Source: Planctomycetota bacterium (GTDB lineage Bacteria > Planctomycetota > UBA11346). From it: a DNA stretch of 64,000 nucleotides. Within the stretch, counting starts at the first letter, position 1; every line of letters starts with the position of its first letter. Made by a program: the position numbers and the translations under genes. The stretch spans positions 24,095-88,094 of the forward strand of contig JBBRLJ010000025.1 of NCBI GenBank assembly GCA_038231435.1. The letters are read 5' to 3'. Positions 1 through 10,137 of this stretch are shown here, one piece after another. A model generated the notes under the pieces. It had not been told where the DNA came from and did not search any database. It worked only from the letters and a program-made list of their open reading frames with translations.

Positions 1-2052
1 CGCCTGCCGGCCAACGTCCGCGCGGCGGTACCAGCCTTCGCACCGTCGCCGCTCGCCACGCTCGCCGATCGCTACGCGTTCGGCCATGAGGTGGCCGAAG
101 ATCTGCTGTCGGCGGCGGCGGCGAAGCCCATGGCGGTCGACGCGCCCATGCCCGAGATCGAAGCCCGTGACCTGCCGGCGGTGGATGTGGCAGTGGCCGG
201 CACCGGCACCGGTGGCGCCGTGGCGGCGCTCGCCGCCGCCGACTCCGGCGCGACGGTCACCGCCTTCGATCCACTGCCCTTCGCCGGCGGCATCGGCGCT
301 GGCGGTGGCATCCACTGGTACTACTTCGGCATGAAGGGCGGCCTGCAGGAGCGGGTCGACGATCGGGTCCGCGCGCTGATGCCACGTTTCGCAGCGAGCG
401 GACAGATCCAGGGCTTCCATCCGGATGCAAAGAAGGCCGCCCTCGACCATCTCCTCGGCGCGGCCGGGGTGCGTCCGTTCATCGGCACCCTGGTCAGCGT
501 GCGCCGCACCGGACGCGTCATCCGCGATGCGCTGATCGCCACGCCCGAAGGCCCGGTGCGGCTCACCGCCAAGGCTTGGATCGACGCCACCGGTGATGGC
601 GACCTGTGCGCGCGCGCCGGCTGCGAATCGCGCTTCGGCCGCGCCGGCGATGGCCTGCCGCATGCCTTCAGCCAATCCTCGGGCAGCGCCTGGGAGAAGG
701 ATGGCGTGGTGCGCATGGGCGTGGTCAACTTCGATCAGGGCTTCGTCGACGCGACCGACATCGCCGACCTGACTCGCGCGCGGCTGCTGGGCATCGCGCA
801 GCATCGGCGCGAATGCTACGAGGGCGGCGGCCGGCCCAACTACATCGCTCCGGCTATCGGCCTGCGCCAATCGCGGCACATCGTCACCCGCACCACCCTG
901 GAGCTCACCGACCTGATCGAACGCCGCACCTTCGCCGATGCGATCGGCTACACCGGCTGCCACTACGACAACCACGCCAGCGACTACGAGTTCGAATCCG
1001 ACGAAGGCCTGTTCTGGGTGTGGGCATGCCGAGCCTGGAGCGCCCGCACCGCCTGCGAGATCCCCTACGGCATCCTGGTGCCGAAGGACGTCGACAACGC
1101 CTGGATCGCCTGCCGAGCCCTGGGCGTGAGCCAGGACGCCCACCACAGCTTGCGCATGCAGCGCGACATGCAGCGCATCGGCGAGGTCGCGGGACGCGCG
1201 GCGAGCCAGCATGCACGCGCGGGCGTCGTCGACCTGGCGCGCCTGCGCGCCGAGCTCACCGCCTCTGGAGCCCTGGAGCTGCGCAAGGCCGACGACAGCT
1301 TCGGCCCCGATACCGATCCGGCGTGGTTCGCGAAGTCAGTCGACGAATTGCGCGACGCGGACTGGAGCAAGGCCGGCTACGCCATGTGGCGGCTCTACCA
1401 GGCGCGCGACGCGGCCGCGCTGCGTCCGCTCCTGGATGACGCGGCGGTGTCGTGGCGCGCGGCGGCGGTCCTGGCGCTGCTCGGCGACGCCAGCGCGCGC
1501 CCCAGGCTGTGGCAGGCGATCGCCACGCGCGAGGACGGCTTCGCCGACCAGCCCGAACAGCAGCGTCCGGCGGCGTGCAATCGCGCGGTGCCGGTGTGGC
1601 GCCAGGCGCTCGGACTGATGCGCTGCTGCGGCGAAACCGCCGACATCATCCGCTTGGAATCCGAGCTGCGCGATCAGGAGCTCAGCTGGGGCCTCGCGAC
1701 CCAGATCGCCACCACCGTCGAGCGCCTGGCCCGGCGCGGGGGAGCCATGGCGGCGCGCGAACCAGGCGCCGCGCTGCTCCACCGCTGCTTGACCGCCACC
1801 CGCGGCGCCCAGCGCGACCCGCAGGAAAACCACAACCGCGCTGCCGCTCCGGTGGGCAAGGTGGAGCCCACTGATCGTGCGCCGGTACGCGACGATGCCA
1901 CCTGGCAGCTGGTATTCGCGGTGGCACGCGCGCGCCAGGCCCTGGGCCTGGCGCTGCCGCTGCCCGCTGAATTGGCCAACGACGACCGCGCCGTGGTGCG
2001 CCGCGCCTTCGCCAAGCTCGGAGCCGGCTCGATGGCGGCCGCCGCTCGGTGA
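1..2052 (+). CDS. FAD-dependent oxidoreductase, 5'-truncated by window edge
   Basis: Frame open from base 1. Rossmann motif VAVAGTGTGG, WIDATGDGDL and EIPYGILVP motifs of the FAD oxidoreductase family, then a helical C-terminal extension. Confidence 0.85.
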   Translation, partial: RLPANVRAAVPAFAPSPLATLADRYAFGHEVAEDLLSAAAAKPMAVDAPMPEIEARDLPAVDVAVAGTGTGGAVAALAAADSGATVTAFDPLPFAGGIGAGGGIHWYYFGMKGGLQERVDDRVRALMPRFAASGQIQGFHPDAKKAALDHLLGAAGVRPFIGTLVSVRRTGRVIRDALIATPEGPVRLTAKAWIDATGDGDLCARAGCESRFGRAGDGLPHAFSQSSGSAWEKDGVVRMGVVNFDQGFVDATDIADLTRARLLGIAQHRRECYEGGGRPNYIAPAIGLRQSRHIVTRTTLELTDLIERRTFADAIGYTGCHYDNHASDYEFESDEGLFWVWACRAWSARTACEIPYGILVPKDVDNAWIACRALGVSQDAHHSLRMQRDMQRIGEVAGRAASQHARAGVVDLARLRAELTASGALELRKADDSFGPDTDPAWFAKSVDELRDADWSKAGYAMWRLYQARDAAALRPLLDDAAVSWRAAAVLALLGDASARPRLWQAIATREDGFADQPEQQRPAACNRAVPVWRQALGLMRCCGETADIIRLESELRDQELSWGLATQIATTVERLARRGGAMAAREPGAALLHRCLTATRGAQRDPQENHNRAAAPVGKVEPTDRAPVRDDATWQLVFAVARARQALGLALPLPAELANDDRAVVRRAFAKLGAGSMAAAAR

Positions 2053-2133
2053 AGACCAGGGGCTCCGCGATCCTGGTGATTTCGCCCCTTGCGAATCGCA
2101 TTTGGCCCTGTCAGTAACCTAGCGAGGCGGGTA

Positions 2134-2517
2134 TTATTTTTTGGCTTTAAGGGCGTCGAGTTCCTGAGACTTTTCCGCAAGAGCATTTTTCACTGTAGTT
2201 AGCTCCGCGTTAAGCTTCTGCATCGCCGCCCGTGCCACTTCGGGGTCATGATCCATGCGCCATTCTTTTTCGTGCACCGCGTTTACCCACATCGCATGTA
2301 TACATTCGGATATTTGATCCAAGTTTACTGAATGTTGTTTAACCCATGCCTTTATTTCGTCTTTGCGCTTATCCACGGGTAAGGCCTCGAGCTGCGCGAA
2401 GAGCTTGCTCGCTTCAGTAGGTTCCGACTTAGGGAATGTCTGACCCGGCTTGATCTCCTCGGAAAATACGCTCGCTCCCAGAAAACCTATGAGACAGACA
2501 ATGCTCAGATATTTCAT
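2134..2517 (-). CDS. hypothetical secreted helical protein, AT-rich gene
   Basis: 127-aa ORF with signal-peptide-like N-terminus (MKYLSIVCLIGFLGASVFS) and GAAGGA RBS. Visibly lower GC than its flanks. Confidence 0.7.
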   Translation of the reverse strand: MKYLSIVCLIGFLGASVFSEEIKPGQTFPKSEPTEASKLFAQLEALPVDKRKDEIKAWVKQHSVNLDQISECIHAMWVNAVHEKEWRMDHDPEVARAAMQKLNAELTTVKNALAEKSQELDALKAKK

Positions 2518-2647
2518 GATAATTTCCTTCGTAATGTGTACGAGATTATTGATGTACTAAAACATTCAGAACAAGCAGGTTGTTGTTAACTGATGGCATT
2601 GAACGCTCCCAAGCCCGTGACCGTTTGCTACGAGGCTAATCCTGAGT

Positions 2648-2802
2648 CTAACCGCCCGCCAACCGGCACAGCAGCTCGGCCCCCGCCTTCAGCGTGTCGT
2701 CCGGCACCGAGTAGCAGATGTGGAAGCACGTGTTTCCGCTCGCTGAACTCGCTGCCGGGAATGATCAGGCACGTGTTGGCACGCCTTGTCGACGCACTGG
2801 TC
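2648..2802 (-). pseudogene. frameshifted remnant of the aminotransferase 3' end
   Basis: Aligns by eye to 4822-4968. Translates as DQCVDKA/ANTCLIIPGSEFSER/NTCFHICYSVPDDTLKAGAELLCRLAGG* with two frameshifts. Confidence 0.85.
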
Positions 2803-2860
2803 ACAGGTCCTGCCCTTCGGAATGCTCGTCACTGTCACTCTACGCTGGCCCGCTCCGCCC

Positions 2861-4651
2861 CTATCGCACTACGATCCCATCCGGGACGGAATATTGCACC
2901 GGCGACCCGAGCGCATCCCGCGCGATCCGTAGCGGCCCGAACGGCGTCGGCACGGTCGCCTGGTAAGCCCACGCCACTGGCGCGGGCGGGTGCAGCGCGA
3001 CCTCGGCGAAGCCGGGAGCAAGCGGCTCGACACCGAGCAGCCAGCGGGTGGTCAGCGGCACCAGACCGGATCCCCAGCCATGGCAGAGGCTCTTGGGGAA
3101 GCCGTGCAACCCCCAGCGCGCGAAGCCGGTGACGTCGGGCTCGAAGGATTCCCACACCGTTGCGCCGTCGTTCGGGACCAGCATCGCCTCGAGGTACGCG
3201 CCCATGCGCGAGAGCGCGCCAAGCGGATCGCCGCAAGCCGCGCGCCCCCACTGCTCGTAGAACTGGTAGAAGGGCGTGATGATGCCCGGCACCGTGGGGT
3301 CATCGAAGACCGCCAGCGACGCGGCGCGCATGGATGCATCGAGCACGCCTGCGAGCGCCGCACGCGCCGCGGCATGGCGTGACGGCCGGCTCGGGCCGAA
3401 GCGCTGCGACTCGAGGTAGCTGAGGCGATGGTGGAGGCCCGGCGAGTGCGGCATCGCCCAGATCTCCTCCGCGGTCGCCCTTTCGAGCGTGTGCGGGAAG
3501 CCCCCCGGTCGCCACAGCTCGCGCGCGATCAGCGGCGCGAGCGTCTCGCGCGCCGCCGACCACGCCGAGGCGTCCTCGTCATGTCCGAGCCAGCACGCGA
3601 CCTGCGCCGCGTGGCCGAGCGCCTCGCACCACGCGCACTGCAGCCACGGCAGCTCCTCGAAGCGACCGCCAAGCGGCTGCGGCGACCAGTCGATGAAACC
3701 GATGCCGAAGAAATACTCGACGCCCTCGCGATGGACGAGGCGCAGCCGGGAATCGACCTGGGTGCCCAGCACCCATCCGAGGAACGCCCGCATGCGCCGG
3801 TAGATCTCGGGGATGGCGGGACGCGCGCTGCCGTGCGCCACCAGCAGCTGGCGCAGCATCGCGCAGGCGTCGAACGAGAACGCCGGGATGCCGTTCGCCC
3901 ACTTGTGCTCCGGCCACTCGAGCAGCATGCCCTCGGCGGATCCTGGCGCTGCGAATCCGGCGTCGAGGCTGGCCTGGGTGATCCGCGCGTCCCCGTACCA
4001 GCCGTGGCGGTCGCGCTTGATGCCGTCCCAGAACGCGCGCGGCCGCGTGCACGCGCGCGCGGTGTACAGCGACGTCTGCCACAGGCGCTGGAACAGCGGA
4101 TCGCCGCAGCGGAAATCGCCGACGCGCGCGCCTCCCGCCAGCCGCACGATCGCGCAGACGCGCACCGCGACGGCGCCGTCGAAGGCGTCGACGCGCACGT
4201 AGCGGAAACCTCGAGCGGCGAACACCCGCTTCGCGGATCCCACGGCGAGCGGCCACGATTCCTTCGCGGGCGGGAATCCGTTGCTCGGGGACGGCGGCAG
4301 ACCCCAGCCGCAGGCCTCGGGCAGGCTTTCGCCCCAGGAGACGAACAGCGCCGCCGGCGATGCGGCCTCGACGGTGAGCTCGAGCTCGGCATCGAGCTCG
4401 GTGCCGAAGTCGATCACCACCCCAACGCCGCGGGACGGATGAGGCGTCAGCCGGATCGGCGACTGAGCCGCGAAGGGATCGAGGTCCTCGGCCGACGCGA
4501 GGCGCTCGGGCGCGAGGCCATCGGCGACGCGCCATGGGCCCATGCGGAACACCTGCAGGCCGGCGTCGGCCCCCTCGGCGATGAGCGGCGCGGCGTCATC
4601 GCGACCGTACAACGGATCGGGGCTGAGGCTGGCGGGATGCAGTCGCGGCAT
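2861..4651 (-). CDS. alpha-L-rhamnosidase-like glycoside hydrolase (GH78)
   Basis: DFGTE, RGFRYV, DGIKRDRHGWYGD, ATVWE and SLCHGW motifs. Confidence 0.85.
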   Translation of the reverse strand: MPRLHPASLSPDPLYGRDDAAPLIAEGADAGLQVFRMGPWRVADGLAPERLASAEDLDPFAAQSPIRLTPHPSRGVGVVIDFGTELDAELELTVEAASPAALFVSWGESLPEACGWGLPPSPSNGFPPAKESWPLAVGSAKRVFAARGFRYVRVDAFDGAVAVRVCAIVRLAGGARVGDFRCGDPLFQRLWQTSLYTARACTRPRAFWDGIKRDRHGWYGDARITQASLDAGFAAPGSAEGMLLEWPEHKWANGIPAFSFDACAMLRQLLVAHGSARPAIPEIYRRMRAFLGWVLGTQVDSRLRLVHREGVEYFFGIGFIDWSPQPLGGRFEELPWLQCAWCEALGHAAQVACWLGHDEDASAWSAARETLAPLIARELWRPGGFPHTLERATAEEIWAMPHSPGLHHRLSYLESQRFGPSRPSRHAAARAALAGVLDASMRAASLAVFDDPTVPGIITPFYQFYEQWGRAACGDPLGALSRMGAYLEAMLVPNDGATVWESFEPDVTGFARWGLHGFPKSLCHGWGSGLVPLTTRWLLGVEPLAPGFAEVALHPPAPVAWAYQATVPTPFGPLRIARDALGSPVQYSVPDGIVVR

Positions 4652-4800
4652 CGGTTATCCTGATCAGTGCGGCGCAGAGACGGGACGACCCCGTCATCGG
4701 GGCGCAGGTCGCGACCTTCACCGCCGCGGCGCCGCCTGCAAGTCGGCAGCCCGCGCGGAGCAGGCGCCTTGTGCCACCAGCGCCGGGGATCCTCGGTGCG

Positions 4801-5931
4801 CTAGTGGGTGTCAGCCCCTTTCGCCAACCGGCACAACAGCTCCGCCCCCTGCTTCAGTTTGTCGTCCGGCACCGTGTAGCAGATCCTGAAGTGCGTGTTG
4901 CGCTCGCTGAACACGCTGCCGGGGATGATCAGACAGTTGTTGGCGATCGCCTTGTCGACGAACTGGTCGCCCGTCATGCCCGTCGGCGCCTTCGCCCACA
5001 GGTAGAATGCGCCGTCGGGCGAGCCGATCTCGAAGGTCGGGCGCAGGATCGAGAGCATCAGGTCGCGCTTGTGGCGGTACGAATCCAGGTTCGCGGTGTT
5101 GTCGACCTGCGGACAGGCGAGCGCCGCCCACTGCACCACCGACGGGGCGCATACGAAGCTGTACTGCTGCACTTTCGTCATCGCCGAGATGATCTCGGCC
5201 GGGCCGCAGGCGTAGCCGAGGCGCCAGCCGGTCATGGCGAAGGTCTTGCTGTGGCCGACCAGCACCACGGTGTTGTCGTAGACCTCGGCCATCGAGGTCA
5301 TCGGCGCGTAGGCGAAGAGCCGGTAGATCTCGTCGGAGATGACGGTGATGCCGTGCTTGCCGCAGACCTTGGCAATGCCCTCGAGCTCGGCCTTGGGCAG
5401 GATGCGCCCGGTCGGGTTCGCCGGCGAATTCACCAGCAGCAGCTTGGTCTTGGGCGTGATCAGCTTCTCGAGCCGCGCCGGATCGATGCCGAAGCCGCTG
5501 TCGTAGGTGTCCAGGTACACCGGCTTGCCGCCGAACAGGTTGACCAGGTGCTTGTACATCACGAAATAGGGATCGGGGATGATCACCTCGTCGCCGTCGT
5601 CGACGAGCGCCAGCAGCGCCAGGAACAATCCGCCCGAGACCCCGCTGGTGATCAGCACCTGGTCTGCCGCGTACGCGCGCTTGGTGAAAGCCTGCTCGTC
5701 GCGCACCAGCAGCTCGCGCAGCTCGGGGATGCCCTGGGTCTGGGTATACGAGTTGCGGTTCTCCGAGATCGCGGCGATGGCCGCGGCCTTGACCTTGCCG
5801 TCGACCGGGAAATCCGGTTGGCCGATCGACAGGTTGATCGGATCCTTCAGGCTGCGCGCGAGATCGAAGATGCGGCGGATGCCGCTCGAATCGATGCGCG
5901 ACACCCGGGCTGCGAGACGTGGCTTGCTCAT
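4801..5931 (-). CDS. PLP-dependent aminotransferase class I/II
   Basis: NLSIGQPDF, NSPANPTG, SDEIY and SKTFAMTGWRLG (PLP lysine). Confidence 0.95.
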   Translation of the reverse strand: MSKPRLAARVSRIDSSGIRRIFDLARSLKDPINLSIGQPDFPVDGKVKAAAIAAISENRNSYTQTQGIPELRELLVRDEQAFTKRAYAADQVLITSGVSGGLFLALLALVDDGDEVIIPDPYFVMYKHLVNLFGGKPVYLDTYDSGFGIDPARLEKLITPKTKLLLVNSPANPTGRILPKAELEGIAKVCGKHGITVISDEIYRLFAYAPMTSMAEVYDNTVVLVGHSKTFAMTGWRLGYACGPAEIISAMTKVQQYSFVCAPSVVQWAALACPQVDNTANLDSYRHKRDLMLSILRPTFEIGSPDGAFYLWAKAPTGMTGDQFVDKAIANNCLIIPGSVFSERNTHFRICYTVPDDKLKQGAELLCRLAKGADTH

Positions 5932-6000
5932 GGCGCGGAAGTCTGCGACTGGGAAGGCCGAGGCAATCCGTCGTCAGGTGGAGACCACCGATCGGACCGG

Positions 6001-6426
6001 TCAGCGGTTCTTGACCAGCACCAGGCGGTTCTTGAGACCGGCCTCGTAGCGGTAGTCGACCACGTCCATGATCTTGCGCATCAGGAACACACCCAGCCCG
6101 CCGGACTTGCCGGTGGCGGCATGCTCGACGATGTCGACATCGCTGAGCACGCTCGGATCGAAGGTGACGCCGTTGTCGGCGATCTCGATGCGGAAGCGGT
6201 CGTGCGACACGTCGAGGGTGATCCAGATCGAGCCCTTGCCGCGCTGCTGCCCGGCGTAGCCGTGCTCGACGATGTTGGTGACCGCTTCGTCCACCGCGAT
6301 CTGCAGGCGATTGACGTACTGCGTGGGGAAGGTCCCCTCGCGCACGCCGCGGCTGACCAGCTCGCGCACCTGCGACAGGTAGGCGAGATCGTTGGAGATG
6401 GTGAGCTCGTGATGGAAGTCCGGCAC
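6001..6426 (-). CDS. anti-sigma factor Ser kinase (RsbW-like HATPase_c)
   Basis: GTG start 5 nt after the upstream stop. AVDEAVTNIVEHGY, DNG and GGLGVFLM boxes. Confidence 0.9.
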   Translation of the reverse strand: MPDFHHELTISNDLAYLSQVRELVSRGVREGTFPTQYVNRLQIAVDEAVTNIVEHGYAGQQRGKGSIWITLDVSHDRFRIEIADNGVTFDPSVLSDVDIVEHAATGKSGGLGVFLMRKIMDVVDYRYEAGLKNRLVLVKNR

Positions 6427-6431
6427 GGGCC

Positions 6432-8318
6432 TCAGGCCTTCCGGACCGCGATCAGGGTCAGGTCGTCGGACTGCTCGGCTTCGCCGCGGTGCTTGGCGAT
6501 GGCGTTGACCAGGCGGTCGATCAGCGAGCGCGCATCGAAGTGCCCGCACTGGCCGACCAGCTCGTAGAAGCGCTCGTCGCCGAACTCCTGGTTCTCGGCG
6601 TTCATGGCCTCGGGGAAGCCGTCGGTGTAGAGCACGATCGCATCGCCCGGCTGGAGGACAGTGCGGTGCTCCTCGATGGTCTTGTCGAAGATGGGACCTT
6701 CGTTGAAGCCGAGGGCGATGCCCTTGCCGGTGGCGAGTTCGTACGCGCGCTTCGCGGCGCGGTAGATGACCATCGGATTGTGGCCCGCTGACGCGTAGGT
6801 GAGGTTGCCGGTGCGCTCGTCGAGGATCGCGTAGAACGAGGTGACGAACATGCCGCGCTTGATCTGCTTCGCGATCAGGCGGTTGGTCTCCTTCAGCGTC
6901 TCGGCCGCGTGGCTCTGGTGACGAAGCGCGATCAGCCGCACGATCGTGCGCGTCACCGCCATCACCATCGAGCCGGGGATGCCCTTTCCAGAGACGTCGG
7001 CGACGATGAAGCCCCACAGGCCGTTGCCGAGCGGGATGAAATCGTAGTAGTCGCCCGAGACCGCCTTGGCGCCCTTGTAGTAGTCCGCGCACTCGAAGCC
7101 GGTGATCAGCGGCGGCTCCGCCGGCAGCAGCTGCTTCTGGACCTCGCGAGCGATGGAAAGCTCGTATTCGGCCTTCTCTTGCTCGACCAGCGCCGATTGC
7201 GCCTCCTTGAGGTTGGTGGTCATCTTGTTGAATTCGTGAGCGAGCACGCCGATCTCGTCGGAGGAGTGCGGCTTGGTCAGATGGTCGAGATCGCCGCGCG
7301 CCACTACCTGCATGTCCTTGAGCAGGATCTGCACCGGGCGGGTGATGTTGCCGGCCAGCCAGTTGGCCACGCCGATGACCACGCCGATGGCGAGCAGCAC
7401 GGCGAAGGCGATGGCGACGGAGAGGTTGTAGCGGACGTTGTCCACGCCGCTGGCGTCGACATCGACGCGCACGTTCGAATCCGGTCCGAACTTCGGATCG
7501 AGCGCCACCTTGAAACGGTACACCGGCACGTCGCCGTTCTTGGTCTTCTTGGTGCCAACGAAGACCTTGATGTTGTCAGGCAGCAGAATGGTGCTGCCGT
7601 TCTTCGGGATGAACAATTCAGGGAAGCGGTTGCCCATCGGCGTGCCCGAGGTCTCCTGCGGGCCATAACCGAGATTGCTCAATTCGGTGAAGCGGTCGCC
7701 ATGGATGTCGAACGCGACCGCGAGGATGTCGCTGGGCTCGCCGTTGACGCCTTCCCAGGTCACCGCGCTCTTGAGGTAGTTCTCGACCGACTTGAGGATC
7801 TCCTTCCTCTTCTTCTGGAACATGTCGGTGTTCTTGTCGTCGGTGGCGACCAGGCTGTCGAGGATCTTGAGCTGATCCGCCACCGCGCTGGCGACCTGGG
7901 TCGCCATCTTCGCGACCTCGATGCCGTCATGCTGCTTCTGGCTGAACAGGTACCGGCTCGCCTTCGTCGACATGGTCAAGCCGAGCACGACCATCGCGGC
8001 GCCGGTGACGAGCGAGAGCACGAGCATGAACTTTGCGCGCAGGCCCATGCCGCGTGGACGCCGGCTGCCGGCGCCCTTCACCGCGGTCAGGTTGCTGCGT
8101 GTGGCGCTGACCTCGCCGCCGCCTTTGCTGCCACCCTGGCGATCACTGACCGTGCGCCGGCCCGGGCTGGCGGTGACCGACCGCCCTGGGGTGGTGGCGG
8201 TGGCGGCGCGGGTGGTGGTGGCGGCGCGACCAGGCGTGGTGGATCCGGGTAGGCGGGTGCGGTCGGACACCCCACGCTTGTTCACGGAACCACTGTCCCG
8301 CCTGGTTGGCTTCGCCAT
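6432..8318 (-). CDS. membrane PP2C/SpoIIE (RsbU-like) phosphatase with HAMP domain
   Basis: Two TM helices, HAMP (DEIGVLAHEFNKM), SGDYYD, DVSGKG, SAGHNP, YTDG and DDLT motifs. Basic disordered N-terminus. Confidence 0.92.
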   Translation of the reverse strand: MAKPTRRDSGSVNKRGVSDRTRLPGSTTPGRAATTTRAATATTPGRSVTASPGRRTVSDRQGGSKGGGEVSATRSNLTAVKGAGSRRPRGMGLRAKFMLVLSLVTGAAMVVLGLTMSTKASRYLFSQKQHDGIEVAKMATQVASAVADQLKILDSLVATDDKNTDMFQKKRKEILKSVENYLKSAVTWEGVNGEPSDILAVAFDIHGDRFTELSNLGYGPQETSGTPMGNRFPELFIPKNGSTILLPDNIKVFVGTKKTKNGDVPVYRFKVALDPKFGPDSNVRVDVDASGVDNVRYNLSVAIAFAVLLAIGVVIGVANWLAGNITRPVQILLKDMQVVARGDLDHLTKPHSSDEIGVLAHEFNKMTTNLKEAQSALVEQEKAEYELSIAREVQKQLLPAEPPLITGFECADYYKGAKAVSGDYYDFIPLGNGLWGFIVADVSGKGIPGSMVMAVTRTIVRLIALRHQSHAAETLKETNRLIAKQIKRGMFVTSFYAILDERTGNLTYASAGHNPMVIYRAAKRAYELATGKGIALGFNEGPIFDKTIEEHRTVLQPGDAIVLYTDGFPEAMNAENQEFGDERFYELVGQCGHFDARSLIDRLVNAIAKHRGEAEQSDDLTLIAVRKA

Positions 8319-8329
8319 GGAGTCTCCGG

Positions 8330-8812
8330 CTAGTGCAGAGCCGCTGCGGTGAGCATTCCGGCCAGGAGGCCAGCCGCAAGATCGTCGGCCAGGATGCCCA
8401 GTGCCCCCGGCAGATGCTCCAACCAACTGAGTGGCCAAGGCTTGGCAATGTCAAACACTCGGAACAGCCCGAACCCGAGTGCCAGGCACAGCACTGGTTG
8501 GGCAAGCAGCTGCGAGGGCGGCAGCACGGCCAGGGCGAGCCACGCGCCAGCCACCTCGTCGATCACCACCTGCTTGGGGTCTCCGACCCCGAAATGACGG
8601 ATCGCGGCGCCACAGGTCAGCAGCCCGGCGAGGATCGCGACCACAACCCCGATCCACAGCCCGGGCCACACCATCGCCTCAGGCGCCAGATGGATCCAGG
8701 CTGCCGCGACCAGCGTCGCGCCCAGGGTGCCCCAGGTACCAGGAGCAGGTCTCAGGTGGCCCAGGCCGAATGCCGTGGCGACGAGCACGCCCGAACGGCT
8801 GGCCACGGTCAT
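8330..8812 (-). CDS. pgpA: phosphatidylglycerophosphatase A
   Basis: APGTWGT, DPKQVVIDEVAG, FRVFDIAKPWP and GILADDLAAG motifs. Confidence 0.95.
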   Translation of the reverse strand: MTVASRSGVLVATAFGLGHLRPAPGTWGTLGATLVAAAWIHLAPEAMVWPGLWIGVVVAILAGLLTCGAAIRHFGVGDPKQVVIDEVAGAWLALAVLPPSQLLAQPVLCLALGFGLFRVFDIAKPWPLSWLEHLPGALGILADDLAAGLLAGMLTAAALH

Positions 8813-8833
8813 GTCGATCGCTCGGCCAGGGCT

Positions 8834-9124
8834 TCAGGCGTCGACGTCGAGCTCGCCGAAGCGGCCCTCGACCAGGTCCGCCAAGGCCTTGACCGCAGCT
8901 TTCGCGTCATCGCCAGTGGCGGTGATGGTCAGCTGCGAACCACACTCGGCGGCGAGCATCAGCAGCTCGAGCACGCTCTTGGCGTCGACGACCATGTCGT
9001 CTTTGGCGATCTGCACGTCCGAGGCGAAGCGACTCGCCGTCGTGGCTATCTGCGTCGACGGACGGGCGTGGAGGCCCATCTTGTTCGTCAACACCACCTT
9101 GGCCTCGGCCTGTGCCATGCCCAT
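8834..9124 (-). CDS. ptsH: HPr phosphocarrier protein
   Basis: GLHARP (His15 site) and DAKSVL (Ser46 site). Confidence 0.95.
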   Translation of the reverse strand: MGMAQAEAKVVLTNKMGLHARPSTQIATTASRFASDVQIAKDDMVVDAKSVLELLMLAAECGSQLTITATGDDAKAAVKALADLVEGRFGELDVDA

Positions 9125-9235
9125 CCTTCTATGCGCCGGCTCGGCGCCAGGGCTGGAGGTTGTAGCGGCGATGGCGTGGGATGCAAACCGGGCGCGACCC
9201 GGGGCCCGGGGGCCGGTGCAGCCGGTCGATCGGAC

Positions 9236-9994
9236 TCACTCGCCGCGGTACAGCCGCTCGGCGAAGCGCTGGTCCAGGGGCTCGACCTCCTTGAAGCGCG
9301 CGGCGGTGTCGTCGATGCTGTAAGTGACGCGACGCCAATAGACCGCGTCGCCAGAGAAGAGCGCATAACAGGCCCGCGGATCGTGGTCGCGGGGCTGGCC
9401 GACCGAGCCGATGTTGACCAGGTAGCGGCCATCCGAGATGTCGAAGCCATCGGGGAGATCGGCCGCAGGCAGGAAGCAGCGGTCCTCGGTGAAGACCCCT
9501 GGACGGTGGGTATGGCCGACGAAGCACAGGCGCTTGAAGCCGGCGAAGATCTGCTCCATCTTCTCGGAATCGGAGCCTTCCCAGAGGTCGCTCTCGAGCA
9601 CGTATTCCATGACCGGGTCGCGCGGCGAGCCGTGTACCAGCAGGATCTCGCCGATCTCCTGCTTGAGCGGCAGGTTCTCGAGCAACTGCCAGAGCGCCTT
9701 GCGCCGCGCCGAGGGCGAGACCTTCTGCAGCGCCTCGCGGGTCCAGTCGATCGCGCGTTTCGCCGCCGAGTGGAAGCCGAAGGCGCCAAAGAGCACCGCG
9801 TGCTCGTGGTTGCCCATGAGGATGAGCTTGCATCGCGACGCCACCAGATCGAGGCACTCGACCGGTTGCGGGCCGTAGCCGATCACGTCACCCAGGCAGT
9901 AGATCTTCTCGACCTTGCCCGTCGAGTCGATGTCCTTGAGCACGGCGGTGAGCGCCGGCAGGTTCGCATGGATGTCTGAGATGAAGGCGATCAT
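9236..9994 (-). CDS. calcineurin-like metallophosphoesterase
   Basis: SDIHAN, LGDVIGYG, GNHE, VHGSP, GHTH and NIGSVGQPRD motifs. Confidence 0.93.
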   Translation of the reverse strand: MIAFISDIHANLPALTAVLKDIDSTGKVEKIYCLGDVIGYGPQPVECLDLVASRCKLILMGNHEHAVLFGAFGFHSAAKRAIDWTREALQKVSPSARRKALWQLLENLPLKQEIGEILLVHGSPRDPVMEYVLESDLWEGSDSEKMEQIFAGFKRLCFVGHTHRPGVFTEDRCFLPAADLPDGFDISDGRYLVNIGSVGQPRDHDPRACYALFSGDAVYWRRVTYSIDDTAARFKEVEPLDQRFAERLYRGE

Positions 9995-10137
9995 GGCGTG
10001 ATGGGGCGGGAATCGTGGACCGGTGGCGGGTGCTGTCCAGGCCGGAGTGCCAGATCGACGAACTGCCGGCTAGCAGGTTGTCGCAGCGGTAGGGGCGACG
10101 ACGCGGTCAAGGTGCCCTCGGCCTGGGGAGAGGCCTG

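Noticed and set aside
2657..4968. Repeat pair as DGR template/variable repeats
   Set aside because: Mismatches are not adenine-specific, indels are present, and no reverse transcriptase is in the window.
6427..7092. 363-aa version of the RsbW-like ORF
   Set aside because: The extension overlaps the phosphatase in another frame. The HATPase domain starts at GTG 6426.
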